A DNA stretch of 51,598 bases. Source: a virus. The translations under genes and the position numbers were made by a program. Each line of letters starts with the position of its first letter. Position 1 is the stretch's first letter. The stretch is from IMG/VR virus record IMGVR_UViG_3300045988_159957. One strand, written 5' to 3'. The notes below the pieces were generated by a model that saw only the letters and a list, made by a program, of their open reading frames with translations, did no database searches and was not told where the DNA came from. Below are positions 32,058-40,052 of this stretch, piece after piece.

Positions 32058-32641
32058 ACTCCATACACTTTACTTGCAAACATGTCCGCTGTATGAACAA
32101 ATAACACATTTGGATATTCTCTTACAGCAGCATCATAACTGTTCCAGAAATCTTTCTCATAAGCTCCCATGTGATGAACAATGCAAATTTTTTCTTCCTC
32201 TGTAAGATCTACATATCGTTCAGCAATAAGTGCAGAAGCAACCCCATGACCAGGGATGATAGGTGTCCTGTATTGCCAAGTGCCCTCATGATCTTTCTCA
32301 TAGGTTTCCAACTTGCAAAGATCATGGAACAGTCCTATGATTATCGGAGATTCCGGTCTTTCCCATTTGAGATCAAGATTAACTGTCAACTCCAGCAGCT
32401 TATGCACCACAGCCAGGCTATGATCAAAAAGTCCTCCATCATAGGCACCATGATATTTAGTGCTTGCAGGGTTCAAACAGAAGTCTCTGTCAATAAGACT
32501 TCTTAAGATAGGTTCACTCAAACAAGGGAGATCACTAAAGTTACTGAGTAGAAAATCTATTCTTTCTCCAACTGTGTGATATCTATTGTCAAGGTATTCT
32601 TCTAATTCCTTCATTATTCCTTCATAGTATCCAGTTCTCAT
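32054..32641 (-). CDS. HD-domain phosphohydrolase
   Basis: YHGAYDGGLFDHS...LFHDLCK...IVHHMG. ATG 32641 lies 8 nt after AGGAGG. Confidence 0.75.
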   Translation of the reverse strand: MRTGYYEGIMKELEEYLDNRYHTVGERIDFLLSNFSDLPCLSEPILRSLIDRDFCLNPASTKYHGAYDGGLFDHSLAVVHKLLELTVNLDLKWERPESPIIIGLFHDLCKLETYEKDHEGTWQYRTPIIPGHGVASALIAERYVDLTEEEKICIVHHMGAYEKDFWNSYDAAVREYPNVLFVHTADMFASKVYGV

Positions 32642-32642
32642 T

Positions 32643-33692
32643 TTATATTCCTCCTCTATATTTATTCTTGGGTCTTCCTGTCCCATTCACAGCCTTTACA
32701 TACTTACTCAATTCACACATGCAATTCTCAATAGACATCACATTCATAAGCCTGTCATATTTGGGTAAATCATGAAACAACTCTACTGGAACATACATTG
32801 GATGCCCATAGTCATATTCAAGCAGCTCTGATGCATCAAACAGACTTCTATAGCCCTCAGCATTTATAGCGTCTCTCAGCCAGAATATACACTCTTCATA
32901 AGTCATTCCATCTTTATCCTTAAAGATGAGATCAAGTCCTCTCTTACACCCAGGACCAGCTACCGTGAATTCATTCTCACTGAAAGGGAATTCTGGTATA
33001 TAGGTCAGATCTACAAACACCTGATATGCAAGAAAATCAGCAAAGCCTTTAATAGACTTTATGATCTCAAAGCATTCTTTCTGGTCATGTGCATTTAGAA
33101 GTTTATTCACAATGCCATACTTTCCAAGCCACACCCCTACATGGAACGGTCTCAAAGGAATGTCTTGTTCCTTATCAATGGGGTGTTCCATGTCACTTGA
33201 CCTCCAGGCTTGTTTTGTTCCACCCTGATTGTAAGCATTTGACCACCACAACCTCCCAGGATCAGCAGCCTGGAGTCTTTTATATATAGGACGGACAAAT
33301 TCCTTTAGATCAGAATGGTACAGTGTTTCGGCTGAATAAGGGAATCCAAAGGAATCAAGAGTGCTCCAATTATTCCAACATCGAAACATGAAACAGTTTA
33401 CGATCTTATCTTCGAGGGTAAGATCAGCATTGTTGACAATACTCTTTATGAGATACCTTGTCTGTCTGTCATGCTCTCTACGAACATTTGTAAATTTGAA
33501 CTCTCTCAATACAGGGTTATCAGTCCAAGGAGCTGGAAGCCCTTTCAAATCTTTCCTTTTATGAATTCTGTATCGATCAACAACAAATCTTTTGAAGTGA
33601 TACACATTCTCCCAGTCAAGAATGGGTTCTGCTGAATCTATGACTTCTTCTCTTACTCCACAATAAAGGACATCAGCTTTCTTTGTTCTCAT
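32643..33692 (-). CDS. aGPT-Pplase-like protein (alpha-glutamyl/putrescinyl thymine pyrophosphorylase family), DNA base hypermodification
   Basis: RYRIHKRKDLKGLPAPWTDNPVLREFKFTNVRREHDRQTRYL matches the remembered PWT.DP.L..(Y/F).F.NV.RE.DR.T signature of the family. Not verified by search. Confidence 0.55.
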   Translation of the reverse strand: MRTKKADVLYCGVREEVIDSAEPILDWENVYHFKRFVVDRYRIHKRKDLKGLPAPWTDNPVLREFKFTNVRREHDRQTRYLIKSIVNNADLTLEDKIVNCFMFRCWNNWSTLDSFGFPYSAETLYHSDLKEFVRPIYKRLQAADPGRLWWSNAYNQGGTKQAWRSSDMEHPIDKEQDIPLRPFHVGVWLGKYGIVNKLLNAHDQKECFEIIKSIKGFADFLAYQVFVDLTYIPEFPFSENEFTVAGPGCKRGLDLIFKDKDGMTYEECIFWLRDAINAEGYRSLFDASELLEYDYGHPMYVPVELFHDLPKYDRLMNVMSIENCMCELSKYVKAVNGTGRPKNKYRGGI

Positions 33693-33996
33693 TCAAATAC
33701 TCCTTTCTATAATATTGTGCTGCTGAACAAATGAACTCTTTTGTCTTAACACTTGAATGAGAATAGATCTTATCATAATCCTCTTTACTCATGTTCTTAA
33801 GTGCCTGAGACTTTGCCAATCTTACAGCCTTTTCGATGCAAGCATAGCTCTTTCCGATCTCTTTCTGCAGGTGTGTGTAGAATGAAGAATCTCCATCATG
33901 CTCTACCACGTACTGAATAGCTTTACAAATGTAGGAAAATCCTGTAAGATTTGTAGGAACTTTCAGTATACTCCAAACAAAATTCGAAATAGACAT
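33673..33996 (-). CDS. Spo0A C-terminal (DNA-binding) domain-like protein without a receiver domain
   Basis: LKVPTNLTGFSYICKAIQYV / IEKAVRLAKSQAL / KTKEFICSAAQY align by eye to B. subtilis Spo0A [20 protein letters not shown] / VERAIRHAIEVAW / PTNSEFIAMVAD. ATG 33996 is preferred over GTG 34008. Confidence 0.55.
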   Translation of the reverse strand: MSISNFVWSILKVPTNLTGFSYICKAIQYVVEHDGDSSFYTHLQKEIGKSYACIEKAVRLAKSQALKNMSKEDYDKIYSHSSVKTKEFICSAAQYYRKEYLNENKES

Positions 33997-34039
33997 TAAA
34001 CTTTTCACCCCTTTCTATTACTTTTTACAACCCACAAGT

Positions 34040-34068
34040 ATTGTACTACATGGGCTGTAAAAAGTAAA
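34040..34068 (-). promoter_or_regulatory. Phage consensus promoter P4 (minus: TTTACT-N17-TACAAT)
   Basis: Plus strand shows attgta (34040-34045) and agtaaa (34063-34068). Confidence 0.65.
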
Positions 34069-34077
34069 GCAAAATTT

Positions 34078-34512
34078 TTATGATCTCCGTCCCCAACCTG
34101 TTTTACTCTGTTTGGGATGTTTATATCGGGTCAGCTCAATAGGTTCCATTTCCGTTCCGGCAAAATATTCCTTTATATAAGGTAAAGCCTGTTTGATCCA
34201 GGTACTGTCATGACAGCCAAGGAATTCTGCCACAGGATAGAAACAGTCATCCTCAACCACAACCAAGTAGTGATTCCAAGTCATTTCACTCCTCAATTTG
34301 AAGATATCCATCACCCAATACAATCCAGGCTCTACTAAAGCAGGCTTGTCATCGTAAATCTGTATCAGCTCATCCTTCAGATGGTATTCATACACATCTC
34401 TATCATTCAGTTTTCTGATGCCTTTGGGACTGATGATCTTATTCACCAGTCCACAGGTCATAGGCATCGGAAGCCTGAGTTCCTTGTAGAAATCAATCTC
34501 TAATCTGTTCAT
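34078..34512 (-). CDS. Hypothetical protein (144 aa)
   Basis: TAATG overlap with the upstream gene. Confidence 0.55.
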   Translation of the reverse strand: MNRLEIDFYKELRLPMPMTCGLVNKIISPKGIRKLNDRDVYEYHLKDELIQIYDDKPALVEPGLYWVMDIFKLRSEMTWNHYLVVVEDDCFYPVAEFLGCHDSTWIKQALPYIKEYFAGTEMEPIELTRYKHPKQSKTGWGRRS

Positions 34513-35345
34513 TATCTATTTCCTCCTTTTTTCTCAATAGATCTTCCCTTTACAGCTTTCTTTCCTTCTTCAAAACCCTGCTTGTACAGATCTCCATTCA
34601 CAGAGTATACAGAAGCGGATCTTGACTGCTTGAAGTTTGTGGAGAAAGAACTCCAATCCTCTTCAACCTCTTTAGGGGTAACAACCATAAGAGCAGTACA
34701 CTGTTCTTCAAATGCAGCCTTTACACCGTGAAGGAATCCCAACGCTACACTATTATATGCACCCTTTCCGGATCCGGTTTCCTCCAGCTGTTTTCCATAA
34801 GCCTTGCTGCCAAGAGCATCACCAACATTGTACAGCATAAGGTATACTTCAAGAGCCAGCTGAGCATCTTCCTTGTAACCTCTGAACACGATATCCTTTC
34901 CATTAATGTAGCATTTGCATCTGAATGCGTTTGCCACTACCAGTCCCAGCTGCTTTCTCCAATTGTGGAGATTAGAGTTATGCTTCTGTTCACTGAAGAT
35001 AGAAACGATGTCGTCTTTGACTTCTTCAAGAGATACATCATCTTCATGGATGTTGTACTTGACCATCAGCTTATGAGCCTGAAGTGCAGCTGCAAGGGAT
35101 TCTTCCTCAGAGGGATTATTCTCAGCCAGAGCCAACATCTTCTTGATCTTTTCGATCATCTTTTCACGCTTCTCATCAGATACAGGCTCAGCAGATTCTT
35201 TCTCAACAATCTTGTAGTATCTCTTGAAAGTGCTCTCACGAAGCTTCTTGTACTTCTCACCGTCCTGGGTGTAAATCTGATACCCACCATCGATAGCTTC
35301 TGCTCTCAGCTCAACACCAGTTTCTCTCTCAATAACTTTCATCAT
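34512..35345 (-). CDS. DUF2786-like domain protein
   Basis: KIKKMLALAENNPSEEESLAAALQAHKLMVKYNI matches the DUF2786 signature. ATG 35345 follows AAGGAG (track start 35411 lies inside the promoter -10). Confidence 0.6.
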   Translation of the reverse strand: MMKVIERETGVELRAEAIDGGYQIYTQDGEKYKKLRESTFKRYYKIVEKESAEPVSDEKREKMIEKIKKMLALAENNPSEEESLAAALQAHKLMVKYNIHEDDVSLEEVKDDIVSIFSEQKHNSNLHNWRKQLGLVVANAFRCKCYINGKDIVFRGYKEDAQLALEVYLMLYNVGDALGSKAYGKQLEETGSGKGAYNSVALGFLHGVKAAFEEQCTALMVVTPKEVEEDWSSFSTNFKQSRSASVYSVNGDLYKQGFEEGKKAVKGRSIEKKGGNR

Positions 35346-35409
35346 GACTCTAATCTCCTTTTCATATTTGACTTGTTTTCGTGTTATGTATTTCTCACCT
35401 TGTAAGTTC

Positions 35410-35438
35410 ATTGTACTCTCTTTACTGTGAAAAGTAAA
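35410..35438 (-). promoter_or_regulatory. Phage consensus promoter P5 (minus: TTTACT-N17-TACAAT)
   Basis: Plus strand shows attgta (35410-35415) and agtaaa (35433-35438). Leader GAACTTACAAGG. Confidence 0.7.
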
Positions 35439-35488
35439 GAGGTTTTTTCAAATTTCTTTTGCCATCGTAACCTCCGTGGCGGGAATTC

Positions 35489-35719
35489 TTAAAAGTTGTT
35501 GATGAAACTCAACTTCTTGGTATAAATCTCATTCATCTTCAGAGCTTCGTCATAATCCACAAGACCGTCTTCTACATTCTGAAGCAGGTGTCTTCTCAAC
35601 CAATCTTCAGTGACAATTTTGCCCTTTTCTCTTGCTGTTGCAATGACCATATTAGTGTATCTAGATGTCCCATTGATAGTGTTAAGTGCTGCTTCCAATT
35701 CAAAATTTCTTGCTCTCAT
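35489..35719 (-). CDS. Hypothetical protein (76 aa)
   Basis: AAGGAG RBS 8 nt upstream. Confidence 0.55.
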   Translation of the reverse strand: MRARNFELEAALNTINGTSRYTNMVIATAREKGKIVTEDWLRRHLLQNVEDGLVDYDEALKMNEIYTKKLSFINNF

Positions 35720-35762
35720 ATGCTTTTCTCCTTTTCTGAAGTTTTTCTTTCCTTCTGATATT

Positions 35763-35791
35763 ATAATACTCTCACCTCTCTGAAAAGTAAA
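35763..35791 (-). promoter_or_regulatory. Phage consensus promoter P6 (minus: TTTACT-N17-TATTAT)
   Basis: Plus strand shows ataata (35763-35768) and agtaaa (35786-35791). Confidence 0.6.
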
Positions 35792-35823
35792 GAGAAAATT
35801 TCAAAATCTGTGAAAAATTTCTG

Positions 35824-35852
35824 CAATAGAAAAGAGCTCATTTCTGAGCTCT
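35824..35852 (-). terminator. Rho-independent terminator (minus)
   Basis: AGAGCTCA-tttc-TGAGCTCT perfect 8-bp stem (35833-35852) followed on the minus strand by TTTCTATT. It contains the stop of CDS 35838..36077. Confidence 0.65.
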
Positions 35853-36077
35853 CTTATAAGTGTGTTTGTGAGTGAATATCACTCTATCACATTTAGAATA
35901 CAGGTCACCAGCAACAGAATTGTTATATTGATAAGACCTGAGGAAATATCTCAACCTCCAATGTACTGTGCTTCTCTTCATATCATGCTTGTCAGCAACC
36001 TGTTGTAGAGTTAACTGGTTCTCATACATGTCTTGAGCGATCTCAAGTGTTTGATTGAATCTTTCTTTATGACTCAT
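35838..36077 (-). CDS. Small HTH DNA-binding protein
   Basis: LTLQQVADKHDMKRSTVHWRLR helix-turn-helix pattern, 79 aa. Confidence 0.55.
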   Translation of the reverse strand: MSHKERFNQTLEIAQDMYENQLTLQQVADKHDMKRSTVHWRLRYFLRSYQYNNSVAGDLYSKCDRVIFTHKHTYKRAQK

Positions 36078-36330
36078 TCTTCATTGCCTCCAATGCTTTC
36101 TCATAATCATAGTATAGATAGCCTTTCTTGCTTATTGTCTTAGTAGCTTTCAGAGCGAGATACAGTCTATTCCCATAATCCTTTGTAACCGGAACAGAAA
36201 ACATGCCATTTGGATTCTCTATTGTCCCGTGCATATGCCGTGCTCCCACATAGGGCTGATCTCCTTGGGTGTAGAAAACAATCTCATAATTCATCATCCC
36301 ATGATAGATCACGTGCTGTATGGTCTTCAT
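36067..36330 (-). CDS. Hypothetical protein (87 aa)
   Basis: AAGGAGA RBS. Confidence 0.5.
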   Translation of the reverse strand: MKTIQHVIYHGMMNYEIVFYTQGDQPYVGARHMHGTIENPNGMFSVPVTKDYGNRLYLALKATKTISKKGYLYYDYEKALEAMKNES

Positions 36331-36506
36331 GTGTTCTCCTTAACTGTGGTCACAATCTTACCAATGAATCCACTCTGCTGATACAAACGCTCACCAATCT
36401 CTTCATACAGAATCTGTAGTGGTATAGCCTTTGCGACATATCTCTGCTCCTCTTCTGTCATTGCAGATACTCTTTCTCTTAAGATCTCTTCACTTCCTGT
36501 CATCAT
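36327..36506 (-). CDS. Hypothetical protein (59 aa)
   Basis: ATG 36506 lies 8 nt after AGGAGG. Confidence 0.45.
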   Translation of the reverse strand: MMTGSEEILRERVSAMTEEEQRYVAKAIPLQILYEEIGERLYQQSGFIGKIVTTVKENT

Positions 36507-36882
36507 TCTTTTCACCTCCTGCTGATACATGATATGTCTTTAGAAATTTCTCAAGTCTATTCACACAGCTCTCTGCGTCCTCTGATGCTTTTTTGAGTTC
36601 TTCAATGGCTGATTCTTTTGGAGCTCTAGTCACTGCATAAGGTCTTGTGAAAGATTTCTCTTCCTGATCTTTCAATTCTTTTATCTTAGCATCAACCTGT
36701 CTGAGCTGATAGAGTGTTTCAGCAATAATCCCAAGTGAATTGATATCCATGGCTCTCCTCTCATTCTTATTTTTAATGAACTGGCACTGATTAGTTAATA
36801 CAAACAGATGATCACACACAGAATCATACTCTTTGCAATGAGGACATATGTTTGTCATTCTATCATGAAGTGTATCTTTCAT
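36490..36882 (-). CDS. Hypothetical protein with an N-terminal Cys motif and coiled coil
   Basis: 130 aa with CPHC...C. TAAGGAGA RBS. Confidence 0.5.
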   Translation of the reverse strand: MKDTLHDRMTNICPHCKEYDSVCDHLFVLTNQCQFIKNKNERRAMDINSLGIIAETLYQLRQVDAKIKELKDQEEKSFTRPYAVTRAPKESAIEELKKASEDAESCVNRLEKFLKTYHVSAGGEKNDDRK

Positions 36883-36921
36883 ACATTCTCCTTATCTAAT
36901 TCATGTGGTGGTTCCCGAGTA

Positions 36922-37089
36922 TTAAAATACTAATTTAGCAAAATCTAATCCTCTGATGAGTGCTTTACCAGTTGCAACATTCACAATTGCCATTTCTGTC
37001 TCTTTCACATAAACCTCACCATTGTGCTTAAATCTTGCACCAGTCTTTATCATTCTCATTGCATCTTCTAAATTGTTAAAATTCTTCAT
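36922..37089 (-). CDS. Hypothetical 55-aa protein
   Basis: Hand-read MKNFNNLEDAMRMIKTGARFKHNGEVYVKETEMAIVNVATGKALIRGLDFAKLVF. AAGGAGA RBS. First gene after P7. Confidence 0.45.
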   Translation of the reverse strand: MKNFNNLEDAMRMIKTGARFKHNGEVYVKETEMAIVNVATGKALIRGLDFAKLVF

Positions 37090-37131
37090 ATCTCTATCTC
37101 CTTTTCGGTTGCTTTACTTAACTACAAGATA

Positions 37132-37160
37132 ATTGTACTCTCACTATTCAGAAAAGTAAA
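37132..37160 (-). promoter_or_regulatory. Phage consensus promoter P7 (minus: TTTACT-N17-TACAAT)
   Basis: Plus strand shows attgta (37132-37137) and agtaaa (37155-37160). Confidence 0.65.
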
Positions 37161-37186
37161 GAGCTTTTAGAAAAATTTTCAAAATT

Positions 37187-37747
37187 TTATTTGCTGAAAT
37201 AATGATCATCCTCTTTGAACAGCGGTGTGCCAAAAGGATGGTAGTGTGCCGTTCTGAAATAGAGTACTTCTGTGTTTGTCTGATTCTCCAGTTCCTCTAC
37301 TACAATTCTGTATGTATCATCAGTAGGATTTACTGTCTCTATAGAGCCATTTTCTACGACCTTGAATTGATTGGGTTCATCTATTACTTCAAAATAGCTG
37401 CTGTATTCTCCCTGATTGAACCTGTTAAGAATCACATCACACACCAGTCTTTTACCTAACTCTGACTGATTTCCGGCTTCTGCTTCTACACAGCAAGCAA
37501 TGTACTCAAGGGAATCATTGTATTCTTCCTCCTGCAGCAGATCCCCAGTGACCTCCTGGACGATCACAGCTTCTGCAGATGATTTAACTTCCGGTGTAAA
37601 GCTGTAGACCCTTACTGGATCTACATAGGTCAACTCATTGCTGTCCCAGCTTAATACATATAATAAGGCAATAACTGCCACAGCCAACGCACTGTACAAG
37701 TAGGTCTTGCACAAAAACACAAGACACTCAACTGATATGTCTTTCAT
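37187..37747 (-). CDS. SleB/CwlJ-type cell wall hydrolase (Hydrolase_2) with an N-terminal TM anchor
   Basis: ACCVEAEAGNQSELGKRLVCDVILNRF...NQF...EVLYF matches the Hydrolase_2 signature. The N-terminal hydrophobic segment is LYSALAVAVIALLYVL. Confidence 0.7.
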   Translation of the reverse strand: MKDISVECLVFLCKTYLYSALAVAVIALLYVLSWDSNELTYVDPVRVYSFTPEVKSSAEAVIVQEVTGDLLQEEEYNDSLEYIACCVEAEAGNQSELGKRLVCDVILNRFNQGEYSSYFEVIDEPNQFKVVENGSIETVNPTDDTYRIVVEELENQTNTEVLYFRTAHYHPFGTPLFKEDDHYFSK

Positions 37748-38269
37748 TTATTGTCTCGCCCCCTCATTCTCCATCTCTTGTATCATAGAATATCCCATCT
37801 CTTGTATCATAAGATGGTCAAACTTCACCAGGACCTTGCTCCATTGATCCTCCGGAATCGCTCCACAATCATACTTCTCCTGTAGATTATGAAAGCACTG
37901 AATTAGATATCTGTAATTGTGCCAAGACTCATACAGGTTTTTGCATGGATCCTCACATTCCTCATCAAGTGTGTACCAAGGATTGATCTTCCTGAACACA
38001 CCATTGTTGCTTGCCTTACATAAGTTCTTGTAGAATTGATCTAAAGACTTCTTATTTACTTTGAATCCTCTCTTCTCGATCTCATTGATGACTTTGTTTG
38101 TGTAATATAAAAATGATGTCTCATCATACTCAATGAGTCTATTCACGAGAATATGGTTCGGTCCTCCTTTCTCTGCCATATTCTTCGCTATACAGCAACA
38201 TTCTCTCCATTGAGCAATGAGCTGTCGATTGGGTAACACATCAATCAGATCCTTATGCCACATTCTCAT
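37748..38269 (-). CDS. DenV-like pyrimidine-dimer DNA glycosylase family protein (TIGR02328-like)
   Basis: MRMWHKDLIDVLPNRQLIAQWRECCCIAKN matches the MRLWHxxLIxxLPxxQLLGQxRE signature. An alternative GTG start lies at 38275. Confidence 0.6.
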   Translation of the reverse strand: MRMWHKDLIDVLPNRQLIAQWRECCCIAKNMAEKGGPNHILVNRLIEYDETSFLYYTNKVINEIEKRGFKVNKKSLDQFYKNLCKASNNGVFRKINPWYTLDEECEDPCKNLYESWHNYRYLIQCFHNLQEKYDCGAIPEDQWSKVLVKFDHLMIQEMGYSMIQEMENEGARQ

Positions 38270-38283
38270 CTTCACTTTTCCTC

Positions 38284-38439
38284 CTATTTCACTTCCTCTA
38301 TTCTTACTATATGAACATTAGAACCTTTCTTTTTGTAGAACTTTTCTTTTGCTGCTTCTTCATCAGTAGCATAGAGGAAATAATCAATATAGTATGCATT
38401 TACTGCATACACTATCATATATCTCTTTATATAAAACAT
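38284..38439 (-). CDS. Hypothetical 51-aa protein
   Basis: Hand-read MFYIKRYMIVYAVNAYYIDYFLYATDEEAAKEKFYKKKGSNVHIVRIEEVK. GAAAGGAGA RBS. First gene after P8. Confidence 0.4.
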   Translation of the reverse strand: MFYIKRYMIVYAVNAYYIDYFLYATDEEAAKEKFYKKKGSNVHIVRIEEVK

Positions 38440-38460
38440 CTCCTTTCTAGTGATAGATTC

Positions 38461-38489
38461 ATTATACTACATATTGTGAGAGCTGTAAA
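38461..38489 (-). promoter_or_regulatory. Phage consensus promoter P8 (minus: TTTACA-N17-TATAAT)
   Basis: Plus strand shows attata (38461-38466) and tgtaaa (38484-38489). Confidence 0.7.
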
Positions 38490-38499
38490 GAGTAAATTT

Positions 38500-38934
38500 T
38501 TAACACTTATCTCTTGCTCTATGAAACGCTGTCTTCTGGTTTCCAAGAGGGTTTGTGTTCACCTTTATTCTGATCTCATTTGTGAAACGGTTTATTCTAA
38601 TGTCTATCTCTTTAGTAGGTACCACATCTCTCGTTGGATAGGGCTTTCTAATAGTCTCAGCCAGATCTTCAAATGTTTCTGTAAGATTCTTAATACAAGG
38701 TGAAAGAGCAGTTGCAATTTCATCAAATGCTTCTTTGATGCTATTTATTGCATTGCTTAATAAGGAGATAGACAATTTCGTGTTGCACGCCAGCATGGTA
38801 AGATATTTGTAGTCTATTGCCTGATATAATGGCTCTGATGTCCGCAGATTTCTTAAGAATCTCTTACATTCTACAATACTGCCAAAGCTTCTTTCAATAG
38901 GCTCTCTGTATCTTTCTTCAAATGAGAATATCAT
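38500..38934 (-). CDS. Hypothetical protein (144 aa)
   Basis: TAATG overlap with the upstream small ORF. Confidence 0.55.
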   Translation of the reverse strand: MIFSFEERYREPIERSFGSIVECKRFLRNLRTSEPLYQAIDYKYLTMLACNTKLSISLLSNAINSIKEAFDEIATALSPCIKNLTETFEDLAETIRKPYPTRDVVPTKEIDIRINRFTNEIRIKVNTNPLGNQKTAFHRARDKC

Positions 38935-39083
38935 TAGATCTCCTTTCCGGTGAAATCACAAAGCCTTGATTTCACTCCCATAGCAGATAATCTAGTCATT
39001 GTTGATTCGGCAGCTTCCAGAGTGGGATACTCCACTCTAGATAGCTTCCAATGACCTCTGTAGCAAACCTTTAATCTGTACAT
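38934..39083 (-). CDS. Hypothetical 49-aa protein
   Basis: Hand-read MYRLKVCYRGHWKLSRVEYPTLEAAESTMTRLSAMGVKSRLCDFTGKEI. GGAGGAAAGG RBS. Confidence 0.45.
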   Translation of the reverse strand: MYRLKVCYRGHWKLSRVEYPTLEAAESTMTRLSAMGVKSRLCDFTGKEI

Positions 39084-39095
39084 AACCTTTCCTCC

Positions 39096-39491
39096 TTATA
39101 CATGACCATTATGTCTCATAGCATAGCCACCAATGACATCTTTCATGAACTTGTAGTCATTGTATTCAGCATACACAACTCCTCTAGAATCTTTCGGACC
39201 AAAGTCAAATTTTGCTAGAGCATCGTTATACTTCTCAAGACATTCTTCAGCTTCTTCAATTCCAACTCCATTTTCTCTTGCATCAAACAAGCTATTCTGA
39301 GCTCTGTCTACTGCATTGTAGAACACGTGCTGATTTCTCTCCCAGCTTGCTACAGGGTAGAGCTTTACAGTTTTGATGAGGCTATATCCTCTCTCCTTTA
39401 TTTGCTGCAGGGCTTTATCTGCCTTTTCTCCTGACTTATGAATGGTTATCTGTTTGCCATTAGCTTCAAATACAATTCTTAACATTGACAT
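39096..39491 (-). CDS. Hypothetical protein (131 aa)
   Basis: ATG 39491 follows AAGGAGG. Confidence 0.55.
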   Translation of the reverse strand: MSMLRIVFEANGKQITIHKSGEKADKALQQIKERGYSLIKTVKLYPVASWERNQHVFYNAVDRAQNSLFDARENGVGIEEAEECLEKYNDALAKFDFGPKDSRGVVYAEYNDYKFMKDVIGGYAMRHNGHV

Positions 39492-39504
39492 GATTTTCTC
39501 CTCC

Positions 39505-39726
39505 TTAATCAATATACTCTATGGTCTTAGCAGAATTGAAGATTCTTACTGCTTCTTCATCTGAAATCTTACTGTTCCAATACACTTCCTCAGGGGCATC
39601 TACAGATGCATACACATATCTTCCTCCAGAAGCAGTTCCGAGAACCATCGTTCCATCTAAGAGAAGAGCTTCAGCATCAAGCTCATCCATTTTGTCAATA
39701 ATCATCTGATCAATAGGTTTCTTCAT
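39505..39726 (-). CDS. Hypothetical protein (73 aa)
   Basis: ATG 39726 follows AAGGAGA. First gene after P9 with a ~190-nt leader. Confidence 0.5.
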   Translation of the reverse strand: MKKPIDQMIIDKMDELDAEALLLDGTMVLGTASGGRYVYASVDAPEEVYWNSKISDEEAVRIFNSAKTIEYID

Positions 39727-39921
39727 AGTAGTTATCTCCTTTTCTATCAACTTATTTTATAATGTAAGGAAGCGACTCACCATCCCAGTGTAGATTCACG
39801 ATACTCTTTGACTTCTCTGTCCTCCGCTCCGTTCATCAAGTCTTGACGTTATCTCTGACTTTTCACTTTGAATTGATTCGATACTGTCTTTCTCTCGTTG
39901 TCATTTCTTCCTTACAAGTTC

Positions 39922-39950
39922 ATAATACTCCTATTACTTCAAAAAGTAAA
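39922..39950 (-). promoter_or_regulatory. Phage consensus promoter P9 (minus: TTTACT-N17-TATTAT)
   Basis: Plus strand shows ataata (39922-39927) and agtaaa (39945-39950). Leader GAACTTGTAAGGAAG. Confidence 0.65.
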
Positions 39951-40052
39951 GAGTTTTTTAAAAGAATTTTCACACAAATTTCACAGAGTGACATAATTGT
40001 GTATGAAAACGGTTTTACGTTCATAAATTTTATAAAATAAAAACTCCATTTT

